DNA of 64,000 nucleotides from Desulfatibacillum sp. (GCA_020725555.1 DYEU01000010.1:74980-138979); one strand, 5' to 3'; shown: positions 1 to 9,364, counted from the stretch's first letter. Made by a program: numbers and translations. The notes: generated from the letters alone by a model not told the origin.

Positions 1-33
1 GTATCTTCAAAGAAAGGACCGAGGCCGGACCCT

Positions 34-444
34 GTGACCCGCTCCTCAGGCATCATCGTCCTGCGCCGGCAGGGCCCGCAATGGCGGGTCCTTTTCCTGC
101 GCGCCTTCCGCAACTGGGATTTCCCCAAGGGGGAGCTTCAGCCCGGCGAGGAGCCCCTCGCGGGGGCGTTGCGCGAAACCCGCGAGGAAACCGGGATCCG
201 CGATCTTTCCTTCCCCTGGGGCCTGGACTTCGTGGAAACCGAACCCTACAACGGCGGAACGAAGATCGCGCGCTATTATCTCGCCGAAACGCAGAGCGCG
301 CAAGTCGAGCTTCCCGTCAACCCCGCGCTCGGCCGGCCCGAACACCACGAGTTCCGCTGGGTCGACCTCGAGGAACTCGCCGCCCTGGCGCCCGGGCGCC
401 TGGACCCCGTCATCCGCTGGCTGCACGAACGGCTTGCGCCATGA
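34..444 (+). CDS. Nudix hydrolase
   Basis: 136-aa ORF with Nudix box GELQPGEEPLAGALRETREETGI. GTG start. Stop overlaps the next start (ATGA at 441-444). Confidence 0.85.
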   Translation: MTRSSGIIVLRRQGPQWRVLFLRAFRNWDFPKGELQPGEEPLAGALRETREETGIRDLSFPWGLDFVETEPYNGGTKIARYYLAETQSAQVELPVNPALGRPEHHEFRWVDLEELAALAPGRLDPVIRWLHERLAP

Positions 445-827
445 TCATCGTGACGGCCGCCATCTGGTGCGAAGCGGGACGCGTCCTTCTCGCCCGCCGG
501 CGAGCCGGCCGCCCGCACGGCGGCCGCTGGGAGTTTCCCGGCGGCAAGCTCCGTCCCGGGGAGACGCCGCGGGAGGCCCTTGCGCGCGAGCTGCGCGAGG
601 AGCTGGGGGTCGAAGCCCGGGTGGGCGCCTTTTTCGGGGAAAGCCGGGATGCCGCAAGCCGGCCGCCGATCCGCCTGCTGGCCTACCGCATCGACGGCGC
701 CGACGGCCGCCCCCGCTGCCTGGATCACGCCGAGCTTCGCTGGGTGCCGGTCGCGGAACTCGACGACGAGCTCCTCTGCCCCGCCGACCGGCGCCTGGCG
801 GCCCTGCTCCGCCAGGGGGCGGCATGA
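441..827 (+). CDS. Nudix hydrolase, MutT-like
   Basis: Nudix box GGKLRPGETPREALARELREELGV. I use the internal ATG at 441 (MIIVTAAIW...). The 120 upstream codons of ORF 81..827 are an Arg/Pro-rich alternate frame of the preceding gene. Confidence 0.85.
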   Translation: MIIVTAAIWCEAGRVLLARRRAGRPHGGRWEFPGGKLRPGETPREALARELREELGVEARVGAFFGESRDAASRPPIRLLAYRIDGADGRPRCLDHAELRWVPVAELDDELLCPADRRLAALLRQGAA

Positions 828-1306
828 AGGGCGGCCGGCCGGGGCGCGCCCTCGCCGCGCCGCTCGCCTTTCTCCTCCTCTGCGCGCTCCCGGCCGCGGC
901 CCAGGAGACGCGGCCGCCCGCCGCCCCGCCGGCCGCGGAAACGGTGCGGCAGAAGCAGCTCGAGCGGGACGCCTCCGTGAGCCTCTCGCTTGCCAAGAAG
1001 GCGATCCAGGAAGAAGGCTTCGCCAACGGACGCGTCGCGCTCAACGTCTGGAAGGTCACGGCGCTCGAGGCCGGCACCTTCGATGCCCGGCTCTACGAGG
1101 AGCTGCGGCGCCAGCTCTACGAAAAATCGATCCGCGAGAGCCTGCGCTGCGTCGAGCAGGGCATCGCCCACCGCAACCCCGCCGACGCCGGCCGGTGCCT
1201 GCAGCTCTACCGCTTGCACGGCCAGGAGATCGGCCTCTTCGACCCCCGGCGCTACGAGGACCTCAGCCGCCGGGTCGGCGAAATCCGCCGGCGCGAAAAA
1301 CACTGA
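824..1306 (+). CDS. secreted/periplasmic hypothetical protein
   Basis: ATG 824 overlaps the upstream stop (ATGA). Signal-peptide-like N-terminus MKGGRPGRALAAPLAFLLLCALPAAAQE. No family recognised. Confidence 0.55.
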   Translation: MKGGRPGRALAAPLAFLLLCALPAAAQETRPPAAPPAAETVRQKQLERDASVSLSLAKKAIQEEGFANGRVALNVWKVTALEAGTFDARLYEELRRQLYEKSIRESLRCVEQGIAHRNPADAGRCLQLYRLHGQEIGLFDPRRYEDLSRRVGEIRRREKH

Positions 1307-1321
1307 GCCGCGGGCGGCCGC

Positions 1322-3046
1322 TCAGCCCCTCGCCCGCCGCAGAAGGGGGAGCAGCTCCCCGAGCGGGAGCGTGTTGAGCACGTCCCGGGGTTCGAGCCAT
1401 CCCCGCCGCGCCTGGTCGATCCCGCTTTCGAGATGCGCGAAGTCGGCCGGGCCGTGGGCGTCGCTGTTGACCGCGATCCGAACGCCGGCCGCGCGCGCCT
1501 CGCGGCAGGCGGCATCGCCGAGGTCGAGGCGGCGGGGGTGGGCGTTGAGTTCGAGAAAGCAGCCGCGCTCGGCCGCCTTGGCGATGACCGCGGCGAGGTC
1601 GAGCGCCACGGGTTCCCGGTCGGGCAGCAGCCGCCCCGTGGGATGGGCGAGGATCGTGAAGTGCGGGCGATCCATGGCCCGCAGGATGCGTTCCGTCTGC
1701 CGCTCGCGGCTCAAGCGGAAGCCGCTGTGGACGGCGCCGACGACGAGGTCGAGCCGGCCGAGGACCTCGTCCGGGAGATCGAGGCGGCCGTCCTCGAGGA
1801 TCTCGACCTCGACCCCCTTGAGCAGGGCGAAATCCCGCCAGCGCTCGTTCAACCGCTCGATCGCCTCGAGCTGCTCGAGGAGCCGGCGTTCGTCGAGACC
1901 GTGCGCCACCCGCAAGCTGCGGGAATGGTCGGTGATCGCGAGATACTCGAACCCGCGCCGCCGGGCCGCCTCGGCCATCTCCTCGAGGCCGGCCGTCCCG
2001 TCGCTGGCCGCGGTGTGCGCATGGAGGTCGCCCCGCAGGTCGGCGGCGGCGACGAGCGCGGGGAGCCTCCCCTCCCGGGCGGCCTCGATCTCGCCGCAGT
2101 CCTCACGCAACTCGGGGGGGATCCAGGAAAGCCCCAGGGCCCGGTAGACGGATTCCTCGGTCCGGCCGGCGATGCGCCTTTCCCCGCGAAACACCCCGTA
2201 CTCGTTGACCTTGAGGCCCTGCCGCCTGGCGTCCCTGCGCAAGGCGATGTTGTGCGCCTGGCTGCCGGTGAAATACTGCAGCGCCGCCCCGTAAGCGGCG
2301 GGGTCGACCCGCCGCAGGTCCACCTGCAGGCCGGATCGCAACACCACCCCGGCCCGGGTCGCGCCGCGGGAGAGCACCTCGCGGACTTCCCCCCAGGCGG
2401 CAAAGCGCTCGATCACCGGGCTCTGCGCTGCGGCGGCGACCACGAGGTCGATGTCGCCGACGGTTTCCCGGCGGCGGCGGAAGCTGCCGGCGGCCTCGGC
2501 CCGCTTCACCCCCGGCTGCGCGCGCAGAAACGACAGCAGCGCCTCCACCTCCGGCCGCGCCTCGCCGATCGCCGTGCGCCGGCCTTCCGCCGCGGCGCGG
2601 GCCAGGGCCTCGAGGATCTGCCGTTCGCGCGTTTCGCCGAAGCCGGCAAGCTCTCGGATGCGCCCCTGGAGAGCGGCCCGCCGCAGCCCCTCCCGGGTGG
2701 TCAGGCCGAGTTCGCGGTGCAGCGCCCGCACCCGCTTGGGGCCCAGCCCCGGCAGCCGCAGCAATTCCCGCAGCGCCGCCGGGACGCTCTGCCGCAGCCG
2801 CTCCAGGGCGGGTGTCGTCCCGGTCTGGACGACGTCGGCGATCTTGGCCGCAAGCTCCTTGCCGATCCCGGGCAGCCGCCGGAGATCCTCCCCGGCGGCG
2901 AGCAGCTCGGCCGCTTCGGCGCCGAGGCCGCGGAGGAGCCGGGCGGCCTGGCGGTAGGCGCGCACCTTGAAGGGGTTCTCGTCCTGAAGCTCGAGCAGAT
3001 CGGCGATCTCCTCGAAGACCGCGGCGATTTCGGCATTGCGGACCAT
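1322..3046 (-). CDS. polX: DNA polymerase X family protein with C-terminal PHP domain
   Basis: N-terminal Pol-beta/HhH region ([49 protein letters not shown]). PHP motifs ([21 protein letters not shown]). Start moved to ATG 3046 ([11 protein letters not shown]). Confidence 0.85.
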   Translation of the reverse strand: MVRNAEIAAVFEEIADLLELQDENPFKVRAYRQAARLLRGLGAEAAELLAAGEDLRRLPGIGKELAAKIADVVQTGTTPALERLRQSVPAALRELLRLPGLGPKRVRALHRELGLTTREGLRRAALQGRIRELAGFGETRERQILEALARAAAEGRRTAIGEARPEVEALLSFLRAQPGVKRAEAAGSFRRRRETVGDIDLVVAAAAQSPVIERFAAWGEVREVLSRGATRAGVVLRSGLQVDLRRVDPAAYGAALQYFTGSQAHNIALRRDARRQGLKVNEYGVFRGERRIAGRTEESVYRALGLSWIPPELREDCGEIEAAREGRLPALVAAADLRGDLHAHTAASDGTAGLEEMAEAARRRGFEYLAITDHSRSLRVAHGLDERRLLEQLEAIERLNERWRDFALLKGVEVEILEDGRLDLPDEVLGRLDLVVGAVHSGFRLSRERQTERILRAMDRPHFTILAHPTGRLLPDREPVALDLAAVIAKAAERGCFLELNAHPRRLDLGDAACREARAAGVRIAVNSDAHGPADFAHLESGIDQARRGWLEPRDVLNTLPLGELLPLLRRARG

Positions 3047-3317
3047 GCCCCACACCTCCGCGCAAGGGTCCCCGCCCCGGCCGCCCTTCATCCCACCGCG
3101 ACCGCGGCCCGGTGGGCGGGCGCCGGCGGCGGCGCTTGGATGTTCGCACAAGAACGCCGAACGCGCCAGGGCGGGGGAGGCTCGTCACGATCCGGCCGGA
3201 AGGCCGTTTCGCCGCCCTGCCGGGAAAGGCCGGGTTTACGGAGGGGGGAAAGTCGGCTAAGAGAAAAGGCACCCGAGGGGCGCGAGGTGCGGTAACGGCG
3301 CAAGGAAAGGAGGGCCC

Positions 3318-3824
3318 ATGGAACGGCGCAAGGAAACGATGACGACGGCGGAGTTCGCCCGGGCGGCCGGCATCCCGGCCGCAACCGTCACACGGCTGAT
3401 CCGCGAGGGGAAACTCCGCGCGCGAAAACAGGGAAAGGCCTGGAAGATCCCCGTCTCCCAGATCGACGCCCCGGCCCTGCGCCGGCTGGGCGGGCCGGAA
3501 CCGGGCAAACGGGCCGGCGGCCGCAAGCCGGCGCCGCAACGGCGCCGGCCGGTCGAGCAGGCCCCCGCGGCCGCTGCCCCCGCCGCGACGGCCTCGCCGT
3601 CGGCGGAGGCGCCGGAGGCCGTTTCCCCGGCTGCCGCACCGCCCGCGGCGAAAAGCGCTTACAGCGTCGGCGAGTTCGCGGCCATGACCTACCTCACGGA
3701 GCGGGGGATCCGCGAGTGGTTGAGGATCGGCCGCCTGCGCGGGGTCTGTACGCCGGAAGGCGAGTGGCGGGTCCTCGAAGACAACCTTTCCGTCCCGGAC
3801 ATCCGCCGGCTGCTCCGCAAATAG
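3318..3824 (+). CDS. DNA-binding protein with two excisionase/MerR-like HTH modules
   Basis: Two related modules, TTAEFARAAGIPAATVTRLIREGKLRARKQGKAWKI and SVGEFAAMTYLTERGIREWLRIGRLRGVCTPEGEWRV, joined by an Ala/Pro-rich linker. Confidence 0.6.
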   Translation: MERRKETMTTAEFARAAGIPAATVTRLIREGKLRARKQGKAWKIPVSQIDAPALRRLGGPEPGKRAGGRKPAPQRRRPVEQAPAAAAPAATASPSAEAPEAVSPAAAPPAAKSAYSVGEFAAMTYLTERGIREWLRIGRLRGVCTPEGEWRVLEDNLSVPDIRRLLRK

Positions 3825-4151
3825 CTAGAAGCGCCCCCCGCGGCCGCCCCCGCCTTGCGGGCCGCGGCCGAAGCCGCCGGAGCGTCCGTTTTCCCCGTCG
3901 CGGCGGGGCTCGCGCGCCTCGCTCACGATGATCGTTCTTCCCTGGAGCTCACCGCCGTTGAAGGTCGCGATCGCCTGCCGCGCCTCTTCTTCGCTCGCCA
4001 TCTCGACGAACCCGAAGCCCTTGCTCTGGTTGGAGTAGCGCTCCTTGATGATCACCGCCGAAACCACGGTGCCGACGGTGGAAAAGTTGTGCGTGAGATC
4101 GTTGGCGGTGATCTCCGCGGCCAAATTGCCGATATAGAGCCGCTTGTTCAT
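3825..4151 (-). CDS. RRM-type RNA-binding protein with RGG tail
   Basis: RNP2 LYIGNL, RNP1 KGFGFVEM. C-terminal GGFGRGPQGGGGRGGRF. Confidence 0.9.
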   Translation of the reverse strand: MNKRLYIGNLAAEITANDLTHNFSTVGTVVSAVIIKERYSNQSKGFGFVEMASEEEARQAIATFNGGELQGRTIIVSEAREPRRDGENGRSGGFGRGPQGGGGRGGRF

Positions 4152-4203
4152 GAAACACGCCTTTCGTGACCGGAATCCCGGGGGAGGGGGGTGAGTGCGG
4201 GTA

Positions 4204-4245
4204 CCGGGGTCCGGCGCCCTCCCGCAGGAAGGCGCCGGACCCCGG
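4204..4245 (-). terminator. perfect 15-bp GC hairpin between the csp and RRM genes (possible terminator or processing signal, no U-tract)
   Basis: CCGGGGTCCGGCGCC (4204-4218) pairs with GGCGCCGGACCCCGG (4231-4245). 12-nt loop. Confidence 0.4.
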
Positions 4246-4263
4246 GGGGAGACCGGGGGAAGG

Positions 4264-4464
4264 TTACATCACCCGGACGTTGACGGCCGATAGGCCTTTG
4301 GGGCCGTTCTGCACGTCAAAGCTGACCGGCTGACCGTCCTGCAGCGTACGAAAGCCGCTGCCTTCGATGGCGCTGAAATGGACGAACACGTCATTGCCGT
4401 TTTCGGCCTCGATGAAGCCGAAACCCTTGCGCTCGTTGAACCACTTCACTTTACCTTGCATCAT
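4264..4464 (-). CDS. cspA: cold-shock protein (CspA family)
   Basis: [18 protein letters not shown] and VFVHFSAI motifs. AAGGAGG 7-8 nt upstream of ATG 4464. The longer ORF start at 4533 is rejected. Confidence 0.95.
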   Translation of the reverse strand: MMQGKVKWFNERKGFGFIEAENGNDVFVHFSAIEGSGFRTLQDGQPVSFDVQNGPKGLSAVNVRVM

Positions 4465-4515
4465 CGTCGCAATCCTCCTTTCTTCAGAATTTTTCAAAGG
4501 CGGATTACGACTACA

Positions 4516-4551
4516 GCAAAAAAGCCGCCACACTTTGGAGTGTGGCGGCTT
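4516..4551 (-). terminator. terminator-like hairpin plus U-tract inside the csp 5' leader (candidate attenuator)
   Basis: Minus strand reads AAGCCGCCACAC-TCCAAA-GTGTGGCGGCTT followed by TTTTGC. It lies downstream of the predicted csp promoter and about 55 nt before the csp ATG. Confidence 0.55.
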
Positions 4552-4621
4552 TCCCCACGCTGCAAAATGTTTTCATCCAACCTTCTCGGAACCGTTCCCG
4601 GAGGAACCGGATCCGAGAGAC

Positions 4622-4650
4622 AACATAGGCGCTTTCTTTCTCCCCGTCAA
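4622..4650 (-). promoter_or_regulatory. sigma70-type promoter of csp
   Basis: Minus strand TTGACG (4650-4645), 17 nt, TATGTT (4627-4622). Predicts a ~150-nt leader. Confidence 0.55.
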
Positions 4651-4742
4651 GAGAAAATCATCCCCACACCGAGGAATTTCACGGCCGCCTCACGGACCGG
4701 CGTGCCGTGGGCCGCCCCGCCGGGCGCCTGCAGCGGCGGGCA

Positions 4743-5093
4743 TCAAAAGGATATGACCTCCCAGCCCTCTTCGAGGTATCGCCCCAGGCTGGGGTGTCCT
4801 CCCATTTCGGCGCAAAGCGGCAGGCCCTGGCGGCGGGCCTCCTCCAGCGAACCCGTTTTCGCGGCACAGGCCTGGCAGACGCAATCCACCAGGGACTGCT
4901 CCCGCACCCGGCGGTAGAGGCCGGCGAAGGGCCGCTGCGGGTCGTCAAGCTCCCCCACCAGGCGCGTGGCCGCCCCCTCGATCACCAGCCGGACGTCGAT
5001 CCCCCTTGCCTTCATGTCCAGGGCGTTCAGCAGGACGTGCACGAAACACATCGGCTCGCCGTTGAAGGCCACCAGCACCACCTTCCTCTTCAT
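4743..5093 (-). CDS. DsrE/DsrF-like small protein (putative)
   Basis: About 116 aa from MKRKVVLVAFNGEPMCFVHVLLNALDMKARG. Rossmann-like start and conserved Cys pairs. Family assignment is by resemblance only. Confidence 0.45.
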   Translation of the reverse strand: MKRKVVLVAFNGEPMCFVHVLLNALDMKARGIDVRLVIEGAATRLVGELDDPQRPFAGLYRRVREQSLVDCVCQACAAKTGSLEEARRQGLPLCAEMGGHPSLGRYLEEGWEVISF

Positions 5094-5188
5094 CGGCTGC
5101 TCCCGATCCCCCTCCCGGAGAGGGAGGGCCACCCGGCCAAGGGGACTCCGCCGCGACTCCCCGGGGGCCGATCGCTCCGCGCTGGGCT

Positions 5189-8100
5189 TCAATCCCCGGC
5201 GCGCCGGAGGCGGCGGATGCGCTCCAGGGCGAAGTCATATTCCACCCAGGTGTCCAGAAAGGAGCCGATCGCATCCCGGTAAAACCGGTCGGCGGCCTTG
5301 CGGTCGCCTGCGCCCTCGGCCCAAAGGCCGGCCGCGGTGAACGCAACCAGCACCTGCTCGGGGACCTCCCCCGCCGCGGCACGCAGCGCCTCCTCGGGCC
5401 TGCGGCCGAGCAGGGTCTCGGCCACGGCGTCGAAAAAGGGATCCGTCGTCCGCTCGAGGAAGCCGACCAGCCGCGCGCGCGCCTCGTCCTCGCGGCCCAG
5501 GCGGCGCAGGGTCCCCGCCTCGAGAAGCCCCAGGCTCATCCGCAGGGCGTTTTCACGGGCGCCGCTTTCCAGGAAGGCGCGGGCGTGCGCGAGGGCCTCT
5601 TCGTGGGCCTCGGCCGCCGCCTCGGCGAAGGCGAGGGCCGCGCGGGCCTGGCGGTTTTCGGGCTCGGCCGCAAGCAGCGCGGCGAGCAGCGCGCGCTTTT
5701 CGTCGTGCGGCAGCTCGCCGTAGGCGAGGCGGCCGCGCAGCGAGGCGATCTCCGGCCGGCGCCGCTTCTTCTCCGCGAGAAGCTTTGCCAGTTCCTGCTC
5801 GAAGCCCTCGACGCGGCCGCGGTGGGCCGTGCGCTCGGCCTCGGAGGCGAGGCCCCGCCGCCGCTGCTTGCGCACCTCGTCGAGCTTCGCGCGGGCGAGG
5901 AACCGCTCCCAGCCGTCGAGCTCGGCCGCCTTCAGGGCGGTCTCCAGCAGGGTCTCGGCCGCCTCGAGCCGGCCGGTCTCGAGCTCGAGGAACCCGCCGA
6001 GGGAATGCAGCCAGGCCTTCTCGGCGGCCGTGGTCCAGCCGTCCAGCGCGGCCTCCCGGGGCTCCCGGCCCTCCAGCACGCGCAGGAGGTATCCTGGGAA
6101 TTCCCCCGCGCTCCTCCAGTCCGCGGCTGCGAGGCGTCGGCGCTCGGCCTCGGCTTCCCGCGCGCCCGACAGCCGGTCGATCCACACGAGCATCCATCGC
6201 GCCGCGTCGTCCTCGGGGTCCAGGGACAGGGCCTGGCGGAAGCGCTCGCGGGCGCCGCGGAAATCCCCGATGCAGACGGAGAGCATCCCCGCGGCCGCGA
6301 CCAGTTCCGGCTGCAGGCTGCGGGCGAGCTTCTCGTCGGCGAGCGCGCGGGCTTCGGCCCAGCGCCGCGCCTCGGCCGCGGCCCGGATCGCCTCCAGGCT
6401 CTGCTCGATCGTGAAATCGGGAACGCCGTTCCACTTCGCCTGCCCGGCCTTGAGGTCGAGGAGCAGCCGCACCGCCTCGGGGATCGGCAGGATCAGGCCG
6501 ATGTCCCACACCGGCGTGACCATGGGCACCAGCCCCTGGGTGAAATCGACGGCCACGGCCGAGACGATGCCGATCACCCGGCCGCGCTCGTCGATCACCG
6601 GGCCGCCGCTGTTGCCGCCGTGCAAGGAGGCGTCGATCTGGAACATGGTTTCGAAGCTGCGCCGCACGTTGCCCCGCACCACGCTCGCGTTCACGGTGTC
6701 GACCTGGGTGCGGCTGCCCAGGGGGAAGCCCAAGGCGATCACGCGTTTGAGCTTGGGAAGCCGGCGGGGATCCATCCCCGAATCGAGCGGCAGGGGCTCA
6801 AGCCCCGGCGGCAGGGGATCGACGCGGATCACGGCGAAGTCGTCCTTGAGCGGAGACCGCAGCAGCTGCCGCGTGCGGACCGGCGGGCGGGCAACACCGG
6901 CGATCTCGATTTTCTTGGGACCCTCGACCGTGTAGGCGTTTTCGAGAAAGTAGATGTCCGTCAGATCGGGGTTCTCGATGAGGCGGCCGGCCCGGTTGAA
7001 GGCCCGCTCGCCCTCGAACCAGAGGTAGAGCCGGTATCCCAGCCGGATCTCGATCCCCCGGTCGCGGGCGTAACGCACCACGGCGTCGAAGCGCGGGTCC
7101 TCGAGCCAGGGGCAGACCACGTGGCGGCTGGTGAGGAGATAGCCTGCGGCATCGACGAGAAAGGCGGAGCCCTCGGAGACGTTGCGGAAGAGCCTCTCGC
7201 CCTTGGATTCGAGCCAGTAGTCCACGAGGACGAAGCCGACGGAGCGGGCGTAGCGGTTGGCGAACCCCTCGAGCACGGCCTCGGTGTCCCGCCCCGTCCC
7301 GCGCACGGCCAACCAGACCGCGGCGGCGGCGGCGAAAAGGAAGGCGAGGACGGCGAGGAGGCTGCGGGTGCGGGTGCGGCGGCCCGCAGGCGGAGGCGCC
7401 GCCGGGGCGCGGCGGAGGCCTTCACGGATGCGCCGCAGGGATGCGGCGACGCCGGCCATCGACTGCGGCCGGAGATCCGGGTCCTCGGCGAGCATCACGC
7501 GCAGCAGCACCGCCAGCTCGCGGGGGATGCGCAACTCGTCCACCTTCGTTTCCGGCCGCTCAACCTCGAGATCCCCGGCGAGCAGCTCGACGAAGATCTT
7601 GCCGAGGGACCAGATGTCGCTGCGAAAGTCGAGGGGCCGCCCGCCGGCGATGTCGGGATGCTGCTCGAGCAGGCGGCGCAGCATGGGGGCGGGGCGATCC
7701 AGCCGCGGGTCGATGAAGCGCGAGAGCTTGTAGTCGATCTTGACCGCCAGGCGACCGTCGGGGAGGGTGACGGGCAGCAGGTCGTTCAAAATGAGATGGG
7801 GGATGAAATGCCCGTGGGCGTGCAGCGTGGCGAGGGTCTCGGCCGTCTGGACGAAAAGATCCAGAAGCGTCCCCAGGTCCTGGAGCCTCCCCGAGGCGAG
7901 CAGCGAACCCCAGCTCTCGGTTTCGACCCACTCGCTGATCCGGTACCAGAGCCCCTCCCGCGAGCGGCGGATGGCCTGGTGGTGCACGAGGCCGTCCGGT
8001 GGAAGCCGCGCGAGCTTCTCGATTTCACGCCCCAGGCGTGCGGCGATCTCCTCGTTCACGCCGGACTGCGGCGTGAAGAGCCGGATCATCACCGGCTCGC

Positions 8101-8272
8101 CCGTGGGCTCGTGAACGGCGCGGCAAAGGAGGCTGGCGTGGCCTTCGTGCAGCACATCGACGATGCGGTAGTCGTCGATCCGCTCGCGCCGCGGGCTGAG
8201 GTCCTGGCCGCAGGCGGGGCAGACGGCGATGGCCTCGGCGAGGGGCTGGTTGCACCGGGGACAGCGTTTCAT
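5189..8272 (-). CDS. multidomain membrane protein: Zn-ribbon, degenerate Ser/Thr-kinase-like domain, TM helix, trypsin-like serine protease, TPR-like repeats
   Basis: Start moved to ATG 8272 (GGAGG 5 nt upstream). The upstream 342 codons of ORF 5189..9298 are antisense to the hydrolase gene. Motifs: CPRC..CPAC; DIWSLG and MLAEDPDLRP (kinase subdomains IX/XI); TM LLAVLAFLFAAAAAVWLAV; protease triad contexts TSRHVV, DDFAVIRV, GNSGGPVID; Ala/Leu/Arg-rich repeats over the last ~450 aa. Confidence 0.75.
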   Translation of the reverse strand: MKRCPRCNQPLAEAIAVCPACGQDLSPRRERIDDYRIVDVLHEGHASLLCRAVHEPTGEPVMIRLFTPQSGVNEEIAARLGREIEKLARLPPDGLVHHQAIRRSREGLWYRISEWVETESWGSLLASGRLQDLGTLLDLFVQTAETLATLHAHGHFIPHLILNDLLPVTLPDGRLAVKIDYKLSRFIDPRLDRPAPMLRRLLEQHPDIAGGRPLDFRSDIWSLGKIFVELLAGDLEVERPETKVDELRIPRELAVLLRVMLAEDPDLRPQSMAGVAASLRRIREGLRRAPAAPPPAGRRTRTRSLLAVLAFLFAAAAAVWLAVRGTGRDTEAVLEGFANRYARSVGFVLVDYWLESKGERLFRNVSEGSAFLVDAAGYLLTSRHVVCPWLEDPRFDAVVRYARDRGIEIRLGYRLYLWFEGERAFNRAGRLIENPDLTDIYFLENAYTVEGPKKIEIAGVARPPVRTRQLLRSPLKDDFAVIRVDPLPPGLEPLPLDSGMDPRRLPKLKRVIALGFPLGSRTQVDTVNASVVRGNVRRSFETMFQIDASLHGGNSGGPVIDERGRVIGIVSAVAVDFTQGLVPMVTPVWDIGLILPIPEAVRLLLDLKAGQAKWNGVPDFTIEQSLEAIRAAAEARRWAEARALADEKLARSLQPELVAAAGMLSVCIGDFRGARERFRQALSLDPEDDAARWMLVWIDRLSGAREAEAERRRLAAADWRSAGEFPGYLLRVLEGREPREAALDGWTTAAEKAWLHSLGGFLELETGRLEAAETLLETALKAAELDGWERFLARAKLDEVRKQRRRGLASEAERTAHRGRVEGFEQELAKLLAEKKRRRPEIASLRGRLAYGELPHDEKRALLAALLAAEPENRQARAALAFAEAAAEAHEEALAHARAFLESGARENALRMSLGLLEAGTLRRLGREDEARARLVGFLERTTDPFFDAVAETLLGRRPEEALRAAAGEVPEQVLVAFTAAGLWAEGAGDRKAADRFYRDAIGSFLDTWVEYDFALERIRRLRRAGD

Positions 8273-8369
8273 GGAAACCTCCCGCAACCGGCGGGCGGAG
8301 AGGGGGGGCGGCGGTGATTCTTCTGTATCACAGGCGTCGCGGCTTGGCCAGCACGGCGCCCCCTCGCCG

Positions 8370-8398
8370 TTGACGGCGGGGGGCGCTGCGCCGATAAT
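8370..8398 (+). promoter_or_regulatory. sigma70-type promoter of the alpha/beta hydrolase gene
   Basis: TTGACG (8370-8375), 17 nt, GATAAT (8393-8398). About 48 nt upstream of ATG 8447. Confidence 0.5.
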
Positions 8399-8446
8399 CC
8401 CTACAGGTCCTCTCCGGCATGCCCTCATCGGACAAGGAATGCACCG

Positions 8447-9364
8447 ATGTCCGCCGTCGCCTGCGCCGCCGCCCTGGCCCTCGTCCTGCTCGGGGTCTAC
8501 GCCTTCCCCCTGCCGAAGCCCTCCTTCCGCGCGCTCTATGCCGCGGTGCCGCAGGATGTCCAGCAGCGCCTCACCGCCTTTCGCCGCCGGCACCGCAAGC
8601 GGCTCTCCTGCGGCCGCACCGTGTGGGAAACCGCCGCGGCCGGGTCCGGCGATGCGGCCGTCGTCTTCCTGCACGGCCTGGGGGCCTCGGCGGATGCCTG
8701 GTTTCTGCAGATCGAAGCGCTGGAAGGGCGCTTCCGCTGCCTTGCGCCGACCTACCCCCCGCTCTCCTCGTGGGAGGCGCTCGCCGCGGGGGTCCTGGCC
8801 CTGCTCGACCGCGAGGGGATCCGCCGCGCGCATTTCGTGGGAAGCTCGCTCGGCGGCCTTCTCGCCCAGCATCTGACCCGGCGCGCGCCCGATCGCGTGG
8901 CCGGCCTCGTCCTGGGGAACACCTTCGCCCCCGACGAGGGGATCGCCGCCCGGGCGCGGCGCGGGGTGCAGGTCCTGCGCTGGGTGCCGGAATGGGCGAT
9001 CCTCGCCGGCATGCGGCGCAACGCCCGGCGCCTGCTCGGCCCGGCCGCGGGCACAGGCTCCGCCCTGGTGACCGCCTACCTTATAGAGCAGACCTGCGGG
9101 GCGATCCGCAAGGAGCATGTCCTCGCGCGGCTCGCCTGCCTGGGCCGGACCTTCGCCCCCCCGGACCTCGCGGCCGGGACCCTCCCGTGCCTGATCCTCG
9201 AGTCCGCCAACGACCCCCTGGTCGAGGCCCCGCTCCGGGAAGCGCTGCGTCGGGCCTACCCCGCGGCCGCCGTGCACACCTTCCCCCAGGGGGGGCATTT
9301 CCCCTACCTGAGCGAACCCGACACCTATCGCCGGGTCCTCGCCGACTGGCTGCCGGCGCGGTGA
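8447..9364 (+). CDS. alpha/beta-fold hydrolase
   Basis: VVFLHGLGASADAW oxyanion region and nucleophile elbow GSSLGG. Confidence 0.8.
   Translation: MSAVACAAALALVLLGVYAFPLPKPSFRALYAAVPQDVQQRLTAFRRRHRKRLSCGRTVWETAAAGSGDAAVVFLHGLGASADAWFLQIEALEGRFRCLAPTYPPLSSWEALAAGVLALLDREGIRRAHFVGSSLGGLLAQHLTRRAPDRVAGLVLGNTFAPDEGIAARARRGVQVLRWVPEWAILAGMRRNARRLLGPAAGTGSALVTAYLIEQTCGAIRKEHVLARLACLGRTFAPPDLAAGTLPCLILESANDPLVEAPLREALRRAYPAAAVHTFPQGGHFPYLSEPDTYRRVLADWLPAR

Noticed and set aside
8273-9298. N-terminal 342 codons of ORF 5189..9298.
   Set aside because: This stretch is antisense to the well-supported alpha/beta hydrolase gene (8447..9364) and is low-complexity. A GGAGG-ATG start at 8272 begins a clean zinc-ribbon domain.
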